A DNA stretch of 64,000 nucleotides from Synechococcus sp. Its GTDB lineage: Bacteria; Cyanobacteriota; Cyanobacteriia; PCC-6307; Cyanobiaceae. A program made the translations under genes and the position numbers. Of the stretch, positions 10,646 through 20,361 are shown one piece after another. Numbering within the stretch: the first letter of the stretch is position 1; the number at the start of each line of letters is the position of its first letter. Under the pieces are notes generated by a model. It was not told where the DNA came from. It searched no databases and was given only the letters and a program-made list of their open reading frames with translations. The stretch spans positions 1,856,001-1,920,000 of the forward strand of contig JBJBDL010000003.1 in NCBI GenBank assembly GCA_047285305.1. The letters run 5' to 3'.

Positions 10646-10880
10646 TCAAACATCATTCCCTTCAGGCATTCGGCAACCCCTAAGCCAACCGCACAGACGA
10701 GACATCACGCCAATTTGGAAGAAGGACGTGGGCTGGACTACTGCGGCATAGCCCCAAGCGAAGCCAGCGACCTTCAAGAAGATGACCTGGCCGCCCTCAG
10801 AGGTGCAAATCAACTGAGAGCAGTTCTTTCGTAGCCATGCTCCTCAATAACCTGTCACATCACTTGCTACGGAAACAGAA

Positions 10881-11034
10881 CAGGCATGCGGTTTATGAAG
10901 CTCTAAAGCGTTGCAAACACAGGGTTATGACTGGTTCCTGGGGGAGGATTACGACTGAGTTCCACGAGAGTTAAACGACAGCAGAAAGGCAAACGGGGGC
11001 ATGGGAGATGCAGCATCCAAGGTCCTCCGTAAAT
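10881..11034 (+). repeat. ~155-bp element left-end sequence, copy 2, with degenerate core (CAGGCATGC vs CAGCCATGA)
   Basis: Colinear with 6118-6272. Confidence 0.92.
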
Positions 11035-11101
11035 TAGCTTCAGATTTTTTTTGTGAAATCTGAGTGTGAAGTTCGGTTCTCACTGCCCTGACAGTTGAGG
11101 T

Positions 11102-11284
11102 TTGTGTCTATTGATGGAGAAGAGGAAAGGAGAGCAAATGGTTGGTGACTTCATTCTTTACCTGGCATTGATCCAGCTGGGAGCTGTAACTGCAATCACA
11201 GCTGCTGTCGTCGGGGCTCTGTTTTTGATCTACCAATCGGTTCCAAATCGGAGCCCTGAGATTTGCGATGGTGTCGACAAGTAG
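11102..11284 (+). CDS. Small membrane protein
   Basis: Long hydrophobic stretch; AGGAG before an internal ATG suggests a later start. Confidence 0.45.
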   Translation: MCLLMEKRKGEQMVGDFILYLALIQLGAVTAITAAVVGALFLIYQSVPNRSPEICDGVDK

Positions 11285-11391
11285 CCCACTCAAGAAGAAG
11301 CAGCTGACGAGCTCGACACCTAGCGGCACAGCTGAAAATCGATCACATGTGATCGGCTGTCCTCAAGATTGTCCAAAAGCCGGATGCTGGC

Positions 11392-11613
11392 CTATTGGAT
11401 CAAGGCTTTACCACAGCGAACGGTCGACACCACCTCATCTGTGGCAGTGTCCACCACTCTGTATGTGCACATCTTTACCTTCGACTTGGTGCGGGCAGTG
11501 AGATATGCGGTCAACTCAGTAGCGAGAGAAAGCTCATTGACCCATTGCTCAGAAGCGACATGCATCTGCACACTAAACCGATTGGGATCTCCAGGGGTAT
11601 AGGGCGCGTACAA
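11392..11613 (-). CDS. Small hypothetical protein
   Basis: 73-aa ORF with plausible composition. Confidence 0.5.
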   Translation of the reverse strand: MYAPYTPGDPNRFSVQMHVASEQWVNELSLATELTAYLTARTKSKVKMCTYRVVDTATDEVVSTVRCGKALIQ

Positions 11614-11920
11614 CAGAAGAAAAGCTGGACCCTTACTGGTAGCAACATCTGTGTCATGCCTTTAGGCCCTTAAGGATCAATTCCTGCCCCCCCCCCCGAG
11701 CCGACTCTGTGCTGACACATTTGCGCTATTGCGAGGTCTATGTCGGTTGATCGCGAAAGAGGCATCGCCACGTCCAAGCCGGATCAGGTCTTTCCCCCTC
11801 ATCAATGCTTGGAATGACTGTGATCATCACTGATACGGATTAGCCAAATCCTGAGCCTTCTCTTACTTTCTTGCTTTCTTGATTATTTTAATCAGAATGA
11901 CGTAAATAACTCCTGGTCCT

Positions 11921-12376
11921 ATGAAGCGAGCAATTGTCCTTGGGATAGTCTCTTTGTTTGCATCGGCTTGCAGTCCAAATAAGACGACTGAGCCTGGAGT
12001 TACTTCGGGGAAGCCCGTAATCAATGAGATTCTCACGGCATCTAAAACGCTTGAGGGAGCTTTTCTCAAATATCCTGATGGCAAGCCCGAAATGCGTCTT
12101 TATCGAGTTGAAATTCCAGTTGGCGGAAAGATTCCGCTGCACAAGCACCCAGCTCCGATGATGGTTTTTGTGCAAGGAGTAAACTCAGGCTCTTTGAGGA
12201 ATACTCAAGTCATGTCTGATGGAAGCGAAATCAAAAACATTTTCAAGCCTGGTCAAGCCTTTTTAAAAGGAGTTGATACGCCTCACTACAGTGAGAACGT
12301 TGGCAACAAGCCGACTATCCTTTGGGTGACAGTTACCTCTGCTGAAGACATGCCAACAACAGTGTTCCTTGACTGA
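11921..12376 (+). CDS. Cupin-domain protein, possible lipoprotein
   Basis: MKRAIVLGIVSLFASAC lipoprotein-like signal; GGKIPLHKHP and PGQAF..PHYSEN cupin motifs. Confidence 0.8.
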   Translation: MKRAIVLGIVSLFASACSPNKTTEPGVTSGKPVINEILTASKTLEGAFLKYPDGKPEMRLYRVEIPVGGKIPLHKHPAPMMVFVQGVNSGSLRNTQVMSDGSEIKNIFKPGQAFLKGVDTPHYSENVGNKPTILWVTVTSAEDMPTTVFLD

Positions 12377-12452
12377 ATTCAATGTCATGACCTAATTGAA
12401 TACTGAATTAACCTAGAATCAATACTCATCAGATTTCAGTTGCCAGATCTCA

Positions 12453-13148
12453 TCAAGCGGCAATACGCTGTTCCATTGGCGTGAAGTCCCATCCAATAGG
12501 TGACTGAATTGGATTCAGTTTTTTGTGCTCTTCGTATAGATCTTCGATCTCTTTGCAGGCCGAGCAATAAGCAGACCATCCAGCCATTCGGCGAGGATTT
12601 GCACGCCCGCGTTTGTCAATCGCTTGATCAACAGTGACTCCTTCTGTTTCTGCTTGTTCAAATGCGCTTAGCAACGGAATTTGCGCGTTGAGAACCTTGA
12701 TGTCGAATCCTTCGAGACATTCTTTGGCATTTTTAGCTGCTGCTTCTTTGCGTGAATCAACTTTTACAAGAAGCGCAGCATAGGGTATTTTGTATTTGTT
12801 GATTGTTTGCGACATCTCAATTGTCAATTCAATTGACCTGCTTTGTGTAGTAGTAGGTAGCAAAATAAAATCGGCACCTTCTACCAAATTCTTCATCTCT
12901 TCTTCATTGCTGCTTGCTTGCCCATCTGTGACAACAATCTCAGCCAATCGAGTTGCTTTGGCTGCTGCTTCAATCGGTACAACTGGGCAATGCAAAAGAC
13001 CTCTGGCGCCATAGGCAGTGGCTGATCTGTTGCGGTCGGCATCAACCAGAACGACCCGTTTTTGTTGATGGCTCCAGCTTGCTGCTATGTGAACGCTGCT
13101 ACATGTTTTTGCAACACCACCTTTCTGACCAAAAACAGTGATGAACAT
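12453..13148 (-). CDS. Short ParA/MinD-family ATPase
   Basis: GQKGGVAKT deviant Walker A, VLVDADRNRSA. Confidence 0.9.
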   Translation of the reverse strand: MFITVFGQKGGVAKTCSSVHIAASWSHQQKRVVLVDADRNRSATAYGARGLLHCPVVPIEAAAKATRLAEIVVTDGQASSNEEEMKNLVEGADFILLPTTTQSRSIELTIEMSQTINKYKIPYAALLVKVDSRKEAAAKNAKECLEGFDIKVLNAQIPLLSAFEQAETEGVTVDQAIDKRGRANPRRMAGWSAYCSACKEIEDLYEEHKKLNPIQSPIGWDFTPMEQRIAA

Positions 13149-13289
13149 CAGGCAGCCACTAATGAATTATTCGCAGGATCGCGTGTTATCTCTGAAAGGC
13201 AATACTTGGGTTAATACTGCTTCAGCCTTGTCAGTGTCCCCCAGCTTCGGATCCTGCGTTGTTATGGGGTTGGCCACTCAAGCAATTCC

Positions 13290-13735
13290 CATCATTGGAG
13301 CCAGCTGGCGGAGAAAGGAGACAGGTTCTTCCTTGTACGGATGCGTTCGACCTCTCGGATGAGATTGTTCCAAGGGCTGGCACCTCCCTCTTGAGCAGGG
13401 CTTAAGCGAGTGCCTCGGTGTTCTTATCCAGGAATGCTCCGGAGACGTCATCTTGAGCCCGCTTGCCCGTGTATTGCTCAGGGGCGGTTTGAGGGTCAAG
13501 AACATCAGAGCTCGAGAAGGCTGCTGAACTCCTTGGCTTCTCTCCACCTGGTTGCGCCTTGCTGCTGGGCCTTGTGCTCAGCCTCGAGTTCTGCCATTGC
13601 TTGGCCGGCTCGACGATGAGCAACCTCGATGTCCCTGGTCTGCAAAGAACGCATCACACGTCTGCCATCCAGGTGCATCTGAACGCAATACACTCCGTTC
13701 GACCTTCTTTGGATCGGCTTCTTAGGTCTGCCCAT
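13290..13735 (-). pseudogene. Truncated, frameshifted N-terminal part of a probable tyrosine integrase
   Basis: YCVQMHLDGRRVMRSLQTRDIEVAHRRA resembles the RSL.T.D...A..RA N-terminal (DUF6538-like) domain. Reading continues through frameshifts and stops to about WNNLIREVERIRTRKN. No catalytic domain. Abuts the att repeat. Confidence 0.65.
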
Positions 13736-13746
13736 GGCATCCGTAT

Positions 13747-13778
13747 TGCGAGAGTTCTGCGACAGAGAACTGCGAGAG
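13747..13778 (+). repeat. Arm-like repeat block at the right end
   Basis: tgcgagagttctgcgacag-agaactgcgagag aligns with tacgagagttcaacgacagcagaacggcaagag (6201-6233). Confidence 0.75.
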
Positions 13779-13823
13779 AGTCGTAAAACTCCCGTGACAT
13801 CCTTTCCCCGACTGACTTCAGTG

Positions 13824-13838
13824 TCATCGCAGCCATGA
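13824..13838 (+). repeat. Right att core TCATCGCAGCCATGA overlapping the ATG at 13835
   Basis: Exact copy of 6112-6126. Confidence 0.85.
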
Positions 13839-14383
13839 CTGAAGCTCCAGCCCCCAGCGCACCCACCAACGGCGCGCGTCTCAGCCGTCGGGGTGTTGAG
13901 CGTCTCGATCTACTGCTGCTGACCATTGAGGCTCTCGACCTCAATGGTGGAGAGGCGATGGTCTGGACCAGCCAGCAGATGGGCCTCCAGGCGCAATTCC
14001 CCAACCGAGTTGAACTCTGGAAGCGGCGCTGTCATAACCCGCTTCGGCGCACCACCCGGCGGGACCAGCTCGACCCGGTGGATGCCGAATCGCTGATCTG
14101 TCTGGTATGTGCCATGGCAGATCGGCTCTACCCCATGCTCCACCAACTCCTCTCAAGCCGCGAACCGGAACAGCTCACCCAACAGCGTTGGCAGTTGTTC
14201 CATGAGCGCCTGCAGGACCTCATCGAAGAGCGGATGAATCAGCGCCGGGAAGCCGTTGTTCGTCTGCTCACAATGGAGCCGGCGGGCCCTATGCAGCGTC
14301 AGCTGATCAGCACCCTGGCGTTCTGCGCAGGCCCAGGTGGAATCGATCGACTCCGCGCAACCCTGCTCGACCCAACGCCCTAG
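13835..14383 (+). CDS. DUF3038-family protein
   Basis: LDLLLLTIEAL, FPNRVELWKRRCHNPLRR. Confidence 0.85.
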   Translation: MTEAPAPSAPTNGARLSRRGVERLDLLLLTIEALDLNGGEAMVWTSQQMGLQAQFPNRVELWKRRCHNPLRRTTRRDQLDPVDAESLICLVCAMADRLYPMLHQLLSSREPEQLTQQRWQLFHERLQDLIEERMNQRREAVVRLLTMEPAGPMQRQLISTLAFCAGPGGIDRLRATLLDPTP

Positions 14384-14390
14384 ACAGACC

Positions 14391-15005
14391 ATGTTGAAAA
14401 CGACATACCAATACGAACAGACCGCAGCACGGCTGGTGGTGGAAGGTTTTCCCGACCTCTCCGCCGGACATTCCAATGAAGTGATCGGCATCCTGTCGTC
14501 CTGGCGGCTGCAATTGATCGGAGCACCGGAACTGGAAGGAACCCGAGATCATCTCGAGGCTCTGATGGCAGCGGTAATGCCCTATGCGAGGCATCGCTTG
14601 TCCGGCGTGCAGCGCCGCTTTGGCATGGAAGGCGGTTTTGTAAACATCGCGCCGGATGAGGCCAACCATCGTCTGGAACTGCGCAGCAGCCGAGAGGGCG
14701 TTAAGCCGTTGCAGCTCAAGCTCGATGACGCCGAACTGGCCGATCTGGTGCGTTGCCTCGATCGCTTGCGGCTCGACAACCGGGTCAAGCTGACCTGGAC
14801 GTTCCCCGAGAACCGCCCTTTGAAGCGTCAGGAGATAGTCGATCGCATTACTCTGCAGAAACGCCTAGGACCACCCCTTCTGGCTGGGATGGCTCTGGCA
14901 TGCACCATCGCCACCGCATGGCTTGTTCCTCTGCCTCAGGAAACCAAAGAGACCTCGCCGGCACCAGCACCGGTGGACAAGCCTGAAACGCAGTCCGATC
15001 GTTGA
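14391..15005 (+). CDS. DUF4335-family protein
   Basis: YEQTAARLVVEGFPDLS..., LDDAELADLVRCLD; follows the DUF3038 gene. Confidence 0.8.
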   Translation: MLKTTYQYEQTAARLVVEGFPDLSAGHSNEVIGILSSWRLQLIGAPELEGTRDHLEALMAAVMPYARHRLSGVQRRFGMEGGFVNIAPDEANHRLELRSSREGVKPLQLKLDDAELADLVRCLDRLRLDNRVKLTWTFPENRPLKRQEIVDRITLQKRLGPPLLAGMALACTIATAWLVPLPQETKETSPAPAPVDKPETQSDR

Positions 15006-15064
15006 CGTGCAGGAAACACGCTTCAGAATCGCCGCAGTGACGGCACCCTGATCACACCGATGCC

Positions 15065-15433
15065 ATGAGGAAGGCGCGCCGAAGCAGCAAACGCGATCAA
15101 CGACGGGTCTTCCGCCCCCGTCGTAGCTTCCCCTATGGCCCCGTCCTGCGTCAGTTAACGGTCGTTGTGCTGATGCTGGCTGCTGCCGCAGGGATCGCTG
15201 TACTGCTGAATCAGCTGCCTCAGCAGGTGGACATCATGCTGCTGCTGAGCAAGGCCATTGATGACCTGCTTGGCGGCGTTCAGCAACTGCTGGAAGCCAT
15301 GCTCAGGCTCGCCGCCATCGTGTTGATAGCTGCCATCGCGCTTCTGGCGGCCATCCTCTTGCTTGGAGCATTCTGGAGGTTGATTCGCATCATCCGCCTT
15401 GTGGTCTCTCCCCCCACTCAAGGCAGGCGCTGA
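15065..15433 (+). CDS. Hypothetical membrane protein
   Basis: Basic N-terminus and two TM segments. Confidence 0.7.
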   Translation: MRKARRSSKRDQRRVFRPRRSFPYGPVLRQLTVVVLMLAAAAGIAVLLNQLPQQVDIMLLLSKAIDDLLGGVQQLLEAMLRLAAIVLIAAIALLAAILLLGAFWRLIRIIRLVVSPPTQGRR

Positions 15434-15526
15434 AGACGAAAACACCAGACATTCCGGCAAAACCGGACTGGATCATTCCCACAGAGTGCAGCGCTGGCAT
15501 AACTGAACTGGCGATCGACCGAAAGC

Positions 15527-16430
15527 ATGAGGCAGCCCAGCGACCACGACATGACAGCCGTCCGCGAGGCCATCGATCACTACAGCGATGGCGACGTCGA
15601 GCGACCGCAGGAAATCGTGGTGGAGCTGCCGAGGGTTATTCCAAAAATCACTAACGTCTGAACAAAAAGATCTACGAAAAAGAGCTGGCCAAACTCCAGA
15701 CAGAACCGGTGAAGATGCAGTACTGGGTGAAAGCCACAGGCCTTCGCATGACTATCCTGTTCGAAGGGCGGGACGCCGCAGGCAAGGGAGGATCGATCAA
15801 ACGGCTGAGGGAGCCCTTGAGCCCCAGTGGATGCCGGTGGTGGCCCTCGGCACGCCTTCGGAGCAACAGAAAAGCCAGTGGTATTTCCAGCGCTATGTGG
15901 AGCATTTTCCCAATGCCGGAGAAATCGTTGTCTTTGACCGGAGCTGGTACAACAGGACCGGCGTGGAAAAGGTGATGGGCTTCGCGACACGCGAACAAGT
16001 GGAGCAGTTTTATGTGTCGTACCCACAGTTTGAGCAAATGCTGGTGCAGGACGGAATCCTGCTGCTCAAATACTGGTTCTCCATCAACGATGACGACCAG
16101 GAGAAACGTTTCGAGGAACGCATTGATAAGGAAGAGCGTCGCTGGAAGATGCGTCTGATGGACATCGAGTCGCGCAACCGCTTAGTGGAGTAGTCGAAAC
16201 CGAAGGACACCATGTTTGCCAAGACGCATATCCCAGAAGCCCCATGGTTCAACGTGGAGGCCAATGAGAAGCACAGCACCCGCTTTAATTACCTGCGCCA
16301 AATTCTCAGCAAGTTGCCCTATGCAGACATGCCCCCGCCACCCATCAAGATGCAGAAGCGCCCGAAGCAAGGAAGCTACAAACGGCCTCCCTTCAACGAG
16401 CAGTTCTTTCTACCCAACAACTATCCCTAA
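15527..16430 (+). pseudogene. ppk2: Polyphosphate kinase 2 pseudogene
   Basis: [18 protein letters not shown] and FDRSWYNR are split across frames; at least 2 frameshifts plus in-frame TAA (~15652) and TAG (16191-16193). Confidence 0.92.
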
Positions 16431-16559
16431 AAGGACTGATCAAGCGACTCCACAACAAATGCTTGGCTTGTGAACCCAATCAACCCATCGCTCTGCCGCC
16501 CTCAGGCAGACCAATGGGTTTCGATTAAGCCAAAGCCATTGCAATCAATACAATCCAAA

Positions 16560-16850
16560 TCAATACACAAACCAGCAGAACGAATAGATCAACAGTGACA
16601 AGCCGAACACCAACATTCCAATCGAGGTGTTGATCCTCATCCACTTTTTGTCCCATATGTAAGGAGCCAACACAACAATCGTAAAAATGTCAGAGCGGCA
16701 TACACAACCAAGGTGTGCTTGGGATGCTCCTAGGCAACCAGCATGCTGACGCCATGCCAGAAGAAGGTCTGCATTGAGACATAGGACGAAATTGCCCCAA
16801 GGTTGTAAAGTAACTCTTCACGCTTTTTGAGTTGACCAGCATTCGATTAT
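16560..16850 (-). pseudogene. Degraded small multi-TM membrane protein
   Basis: Manual reading ..LLYNLGAISSYVSMQTFFWHGVSMLVA*EHPKHTLVVYAALTF/TIVVLAPYIWDKKWMRINTSIGMLVFGLSLLIYSFCWFVY* with a stop and a frameshift. Confidence 0.5.
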
Positions 16851-16981
16851 TGAAGGCGCATCAGAGACAACGAAGGGGCGAGAACTTCAACGTATCGATT
16901 CGATCTTGTACCTCATATTCCTAGAAATACAGGGAGTGTCATCTGCAGCGAGCTTGAGTCAAGACAGCAGCACGCTTTAAG

Positions 16982-17245
16982 GTGATTGACCATCCAGTTC
17001 TGCAGGCTTTGCTCGGTTCCTGGCAAGTCCTAATGCGGTGTGTCGCCAGCGCACTGTTCCTGGTGGCCCATGGTCTGCTGGTGCTGGAGCACATCACCAT
17101 TGGAACGGCACTGCATGGAATTGCGGAGTTGTTCCTTGCCCCCTGGGCCATCCGCCACAAAGCCTGGGACATCATCGTGATCGGACTGATTTTCTGCGTC
17201 TTCGACTTGTGGGGAACGCTGCGTCTGACCGGCGTGTTGGTCTAA
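16982..17245 (+). CDS. Small membrane protein
   Basis: Three hydrophobic segments. Confidence 0.65.
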   Translation: MIDHPVLQALLGSWQVLMRCVASALFLVAHGLLVLEHITIGTALHGIAELFLAPWAIRHKAWDIIVIGLIFCVFDLWGTLRLTGVLV

Positions 17246-17411
17246 AGCCCTTCAACCACTAAGCCGCTGGGACCAAAAACCAAACAGCTGCCACGACGAC
17301 CAGAGGAACATCCCAAGGAAGACCCAATTAAGCCAAGCCGGACGTCGGTCGTTTTCAAACATCTCTCAAGACAGCGAAAGGCGACACCTGACCTTATCGG
17401 TGTCAACCGGA

Positions 17412-17633
17412 TCACTTCGCCGAAGAGCTCCAATCGGCAGAACGAAACGACACATTGGCGCCACCACTGCGTTTCAGGTCGTGCATGCCCTCCAGCTGGT
17501 TGTACACCGACAAGAGCTGCCGGCGCATGTGGTCTGTATGGGGCAGATCAGCGATCAAACGCAGAACATCCTCCAGGGATCGCTTGGCATCGATGACCAA
17601 ACGACAATCGGGGCTGCCAGGCTCGTCACGCAT
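17412..17633 (-). CDS. Small hypothetical protein
   Basis: 73-aa ATG ORF downstream of arsJ. Confidence 0.65.
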   Translation of the reverse strand: MRDEPGSPDCRLVIDAKRSLEDVLRLIADLPHTDHMRRQLLSVYNQLEGMHDLKRSGGANVSFRSADWSSSAK

Positions 17634-17722
17634 GGGGTCATGATTGATTTAATCCATTCAGCAGAAAATCTCCTTTCGCGGGTGTCTGAATCCCTACCAA
17701 CGCGGCGATATTCAGCAGAAAT

Positions 17723-18958
17723 TCAGAGTTTGGTCCCAACCGGCAGTCTGAGGCTGCTTAACCACGACAACAACACCAGCAGGGATGAAGCCCATAGGCA
17801 AGCCTGCATGCCCGCGGCTTCGGTTCGGCCGAGCATGAACACTGCCCCCGAGAGCAACGTACCCACCAACCGTCCGGCAGCGTTTGCCATGTAATAGAAG
17901 CCCACATTGAGGCTGACGCTCTCCGCATCGGTGTAAGCCAGCACCATGTAGGAGTGGATCGACGAATTCATCGCGAACACCACCCCAAAGGCGGCAAGGC
18001 CTGCGGTAATGGCGACCGCCACATCCACCTGGCGCCACAGCGCCACCGCGATCAGGGCGGGAATGGCGGTGAGCAGAGCACTCCAGAACTGCACAGCAGA
18101 TGCTCCCGGGGATGTGGTCTGCCCCCAGAGCCGTCTCAGACCAGGCGCTGATCCTTGAACGATGCCGTAGCCAATCAACCAGAGACCGAGGAAGCCACCG
18201 ATCTCCCAGAAACTCCAGCCCAGGGAGGCTTCTAAGAACACGGGCAAGGCCACCACGAACCAAACATCCCGGGCGCCAAACAAAAAGAAGCGCGCCAAGG
18301 ACAGCACGTTGATGCCCTGGGATTTGGAGAACAGCGACGAAAAGGCCGGCTTGGACTTCATCCGTCCGATCTCACCAGGCAGCACCAGCGTGAGCAGGAA
18401 GGCAAGGGCAAGACCTGTCGCCATCCAGCCCAAGGCAGCATTGAAGCCAAAGGAGGCGAGCAGCACCCCTCCAAGAAAGAAACCCACACCCTTGAGAGAG
18501 TTCTTGGATCCCGTGAGGATCGCCACCCACTTGAACAGCTGCTGCTGATCCTCCTGAGTTTCCGAAACCACCGTCTTGATGGCGCTCTTGGCGCTCATCT
18601 TGTTGAGATCTTTGGCGATGCCGCTGATGGCCTGAGCGGTCATCACATAGATCACGCTCAACAGTTTCGGCCAACTGGCGGCGACGGGCATCAGCATCAA
18701 CAACGCAAGAATCTGCAGCAGCGTCCCCACCCAGAGGGTGAGCCGAAGCCCGTAGCGGGCACCGATCCAACCGCCGTACAGGTTGGTGAGCACCCCAAAC
18801 AACTCATAAAAGAGAAACAGGAACGCGATCTCGAGGGTGGTGTAGCCGAGTTGGTGGAAGTGGAACACCACCAACATCCGCAGGGCCCCATCGGTGAGCG
18901 TGAAGGCCCAGTAATTGGCAGTGACGATGCCGTACTGCTGCAGAGGGGAAAGCGTCAT
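17723..18958 (-). CDS. arsJ: Organoarsenical efflux MFS transporter ArsJ
   Basis: [44 protein letters not shown]; start overlaps gap stop. Confidence 0.93.
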   Translation of the reverse strand: MTLSPLQQYGIVTANYWAFTLTDGALRMLVVFHFHQLGYTTLEIAFLFLFYELFGVLTNLYGGWIGARYGLRLTLWVGTLLQILALLMLMPVAASWPKLLSVIYVMTAQAISGIAKDLNKMSAKSAIKTVVSETQEDQQQLFKWVAILTGSKNSLKGVGFFLGGVLLASFGFNAALGWMATGLALAFLLTLVLPGEIGRMKSKPAFSSLFSKSQGINVLSLARFFLFGARDVWFVVALPVFLEASLGWSFWEIGGFLGLWLIGYGIVQGSAPGLRRLWGQTTSPGASAVQFWSALLTAIPALIAVALWRQVDVAVAITAGLAAFGVVFAMNSSIHSYMVLAYTDAESVSLNVGFYYMANAAGRLVGTLLSGAVFMLGRTEAAGMQACLWASSLLVLLSWLSSLRLPVGTKL

Positions 18959-19977
18959 GCGTCCAGCCCAACTACGTGGCAGGTGAGATCGGCCATGCGG
19001 CAGCTGTAGCCCCATTCGTTGTCGTACCAGGCAAACACCTTCAGCTGGTTGCCATCGACAACCATCGTCGAGAGGGCATCGACAATCGAGCTGCGGTTGT
19101 CGTTGGTGTAGTCGCACGACACCAACGGGCGTTCCTCGTAACCCAGGATTCCCTTCAGAGGCCCTTCCGCAGCAGCTTTGAACGCAGCATTCACCTGCTC
19201 CACCGTGACGCTCTGCTTGAGCTCGAACACCGCATCGGTGAGCGATCCATTCAGTAGGGGAACACGAACGGCATGACCGTTGAGCTTGCCCTTCAGCTCA
19301 GGGAAGATCATCGCGATCGCCTTGGCCGAGCCGGTGGTGGTGGGGATGAGTGAGGTGAGTCCGGAGCGCGCCCGGCGCAGGTCGCTTTTGAAGGAATCAA
19401 TCGGCACCTGGGTGTTGGTGATGTCGTGAATGGTGGTGATCAGGCCGTGCTCGATGCCGAAGCTCTCGTGCACCACCTTCACTACAGGCGCCAGACAGTT
19501 GGTGGTGCAGGAGGCGGCCGTCACCAATTTGTGGTGCGCCGGTTCATAGAGGTGGTGATTGATCCCGTAAACGATGTTGAGCGCGTCCTCACCGGCAACC
19601 ACACCCTTCACGGGACAGGCCACCACCACCCGTTTGAGGCCCAGCTGATCGAAATAGGGATTGAGCGCCTCCGGCGTTTTGATCTTGCCGCTGGCTTCAA
19701 GCACCATCTCCACCCCCCGATCGCTCCAGCGCACGGCGGTGGGGTCTTTCTCGCTGGACCAGGTGAGTGCGGATCCCTCCACGCTGAATCCATCAGCACA
19801 ACCGGTGATTCCTCGATCCCAGCGACCATGCACAGAATCGAACTCCAGCAGGTGGGCCGCCGTTACTGCATCGCCAGCGGGATCATTGACATGCACCAGT
19901 TCGATGCCAGGCCGTCCCCAGAGGGCCCGGAACACCAGGCGACCAATCCGTCCAAACCCATTAATGCCGATCCGCAT
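18955..19977 (-). CDS. gap: ArsJ-associated glyceraldehyde-3-phosphate dehydrogenase
   Basis: [26 protein letters not shown]; immediately upstream of arsJ. Confidence 0.95.
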   Translation of the reverse strand: MRIGINGFGRIGRLVFRALWGRPGIELVHVNDPAGDAVTAAHLLEFDSVHGRWDRGITGCADGFSVEGSALTWSSEKDPTAVRWSDRGVEMVLEASGKIKTPEALNPYFDQLGLKRVVVACPVKGVVAGEDALNIVYGINHHLYEPAHHKLVTAASCTTNCLAPVVKVVHESFGIEHGLITTIHDITNTQVPIDSFKSDLRRARSGLTSLIPTTTGSAKAIAMIFPELKGKLNGHAVRVPLLNGSLTDAVFELKQSVTVEQVNAAFKAAAEGPLKGILGYEERPLVSCDYTNDNRSSIVDALSTMVVDGNQLKVFAWYDNEWGYSCRMADLTCHVVGLDA

Positions 19978-20035
19978 TCCAGCCCTCGATCAATCGAATT
20001 GTGTTGAATTAAACAGAGCGGCGGACACTGCTCTT

Positions 20036-20359
20036 GTGATCCAGAACACCCTCAACAGGGATCAGTCGAGGCAGCTGCTCAAAGCACTGGCCGACCCGAT
20101 CCGTCTCGACGTGATCCATGCGCTGGCGCTGGCGCTGGGCGAACGATGCGTCTGTGACCTTACCGGTGATCTCAACCTCTCCAGGTCGAAGCTCTCGTTC
20201 CATCTCAGGGTGCTTCGAGAGACGGGGCTGCTGACGGATCGGCAGAGCGGCCGCTGGATCTACTACCGCATGCAACCGTATGCCCTGGCAGCACTGGAAA
20301 CCTGGCTGGACGAACTGCGCCGCCACTGCAGCCAGAGCGCTATCCCCTGCCCGAGCTGA
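20036..20359 (+). CDS. arsR: ArsR/SmtB-family repressor
   Basis: LKALADPIRL, ERCVCDL, LSFHLRVL, GRWIYY; divergent from gap-arsJ. Confidence 0.92.
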   Translation: MIQNTLNRDQSRQLLKALADPIRLDVIHALALALGERCVCDLTGDLNLSRSKLSFHLRVLRETGLLTDRQSGRWIYYRMQPYALAALETWLDELRRHCSQSAIPCPS

Positions 20360-20361
20360 CG

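Larger units (their letters stand above)
6112..13838. mobile_element. Integrated, probably immobilised element / genomic island between apt and the DUF3038-like gene
   Basis: Identical 15-bp repeats at both ends, arm-like repeats, integrase remnant at the right end, visibly lower GC, non-core small ORFs. Confidence 0.85.

Noticed and set aside
10829..10839. TCGTAGCCATG as a third att core
   Set aside because: A 10/11 match may be chance; the end-repeat alignment places the degenerate core at ~10881 instead.
10868..10880. GGAAACA as a Yfr2-type sRNA motif
   Set aside because: Single motif without the paired copy or other Yfr2 features.
19985..20012. ArsR operator in the gap-arsR spacer
   Set aside because: Expected there, but only weak imperfect symmetry is visible, so it cannot be delimited.
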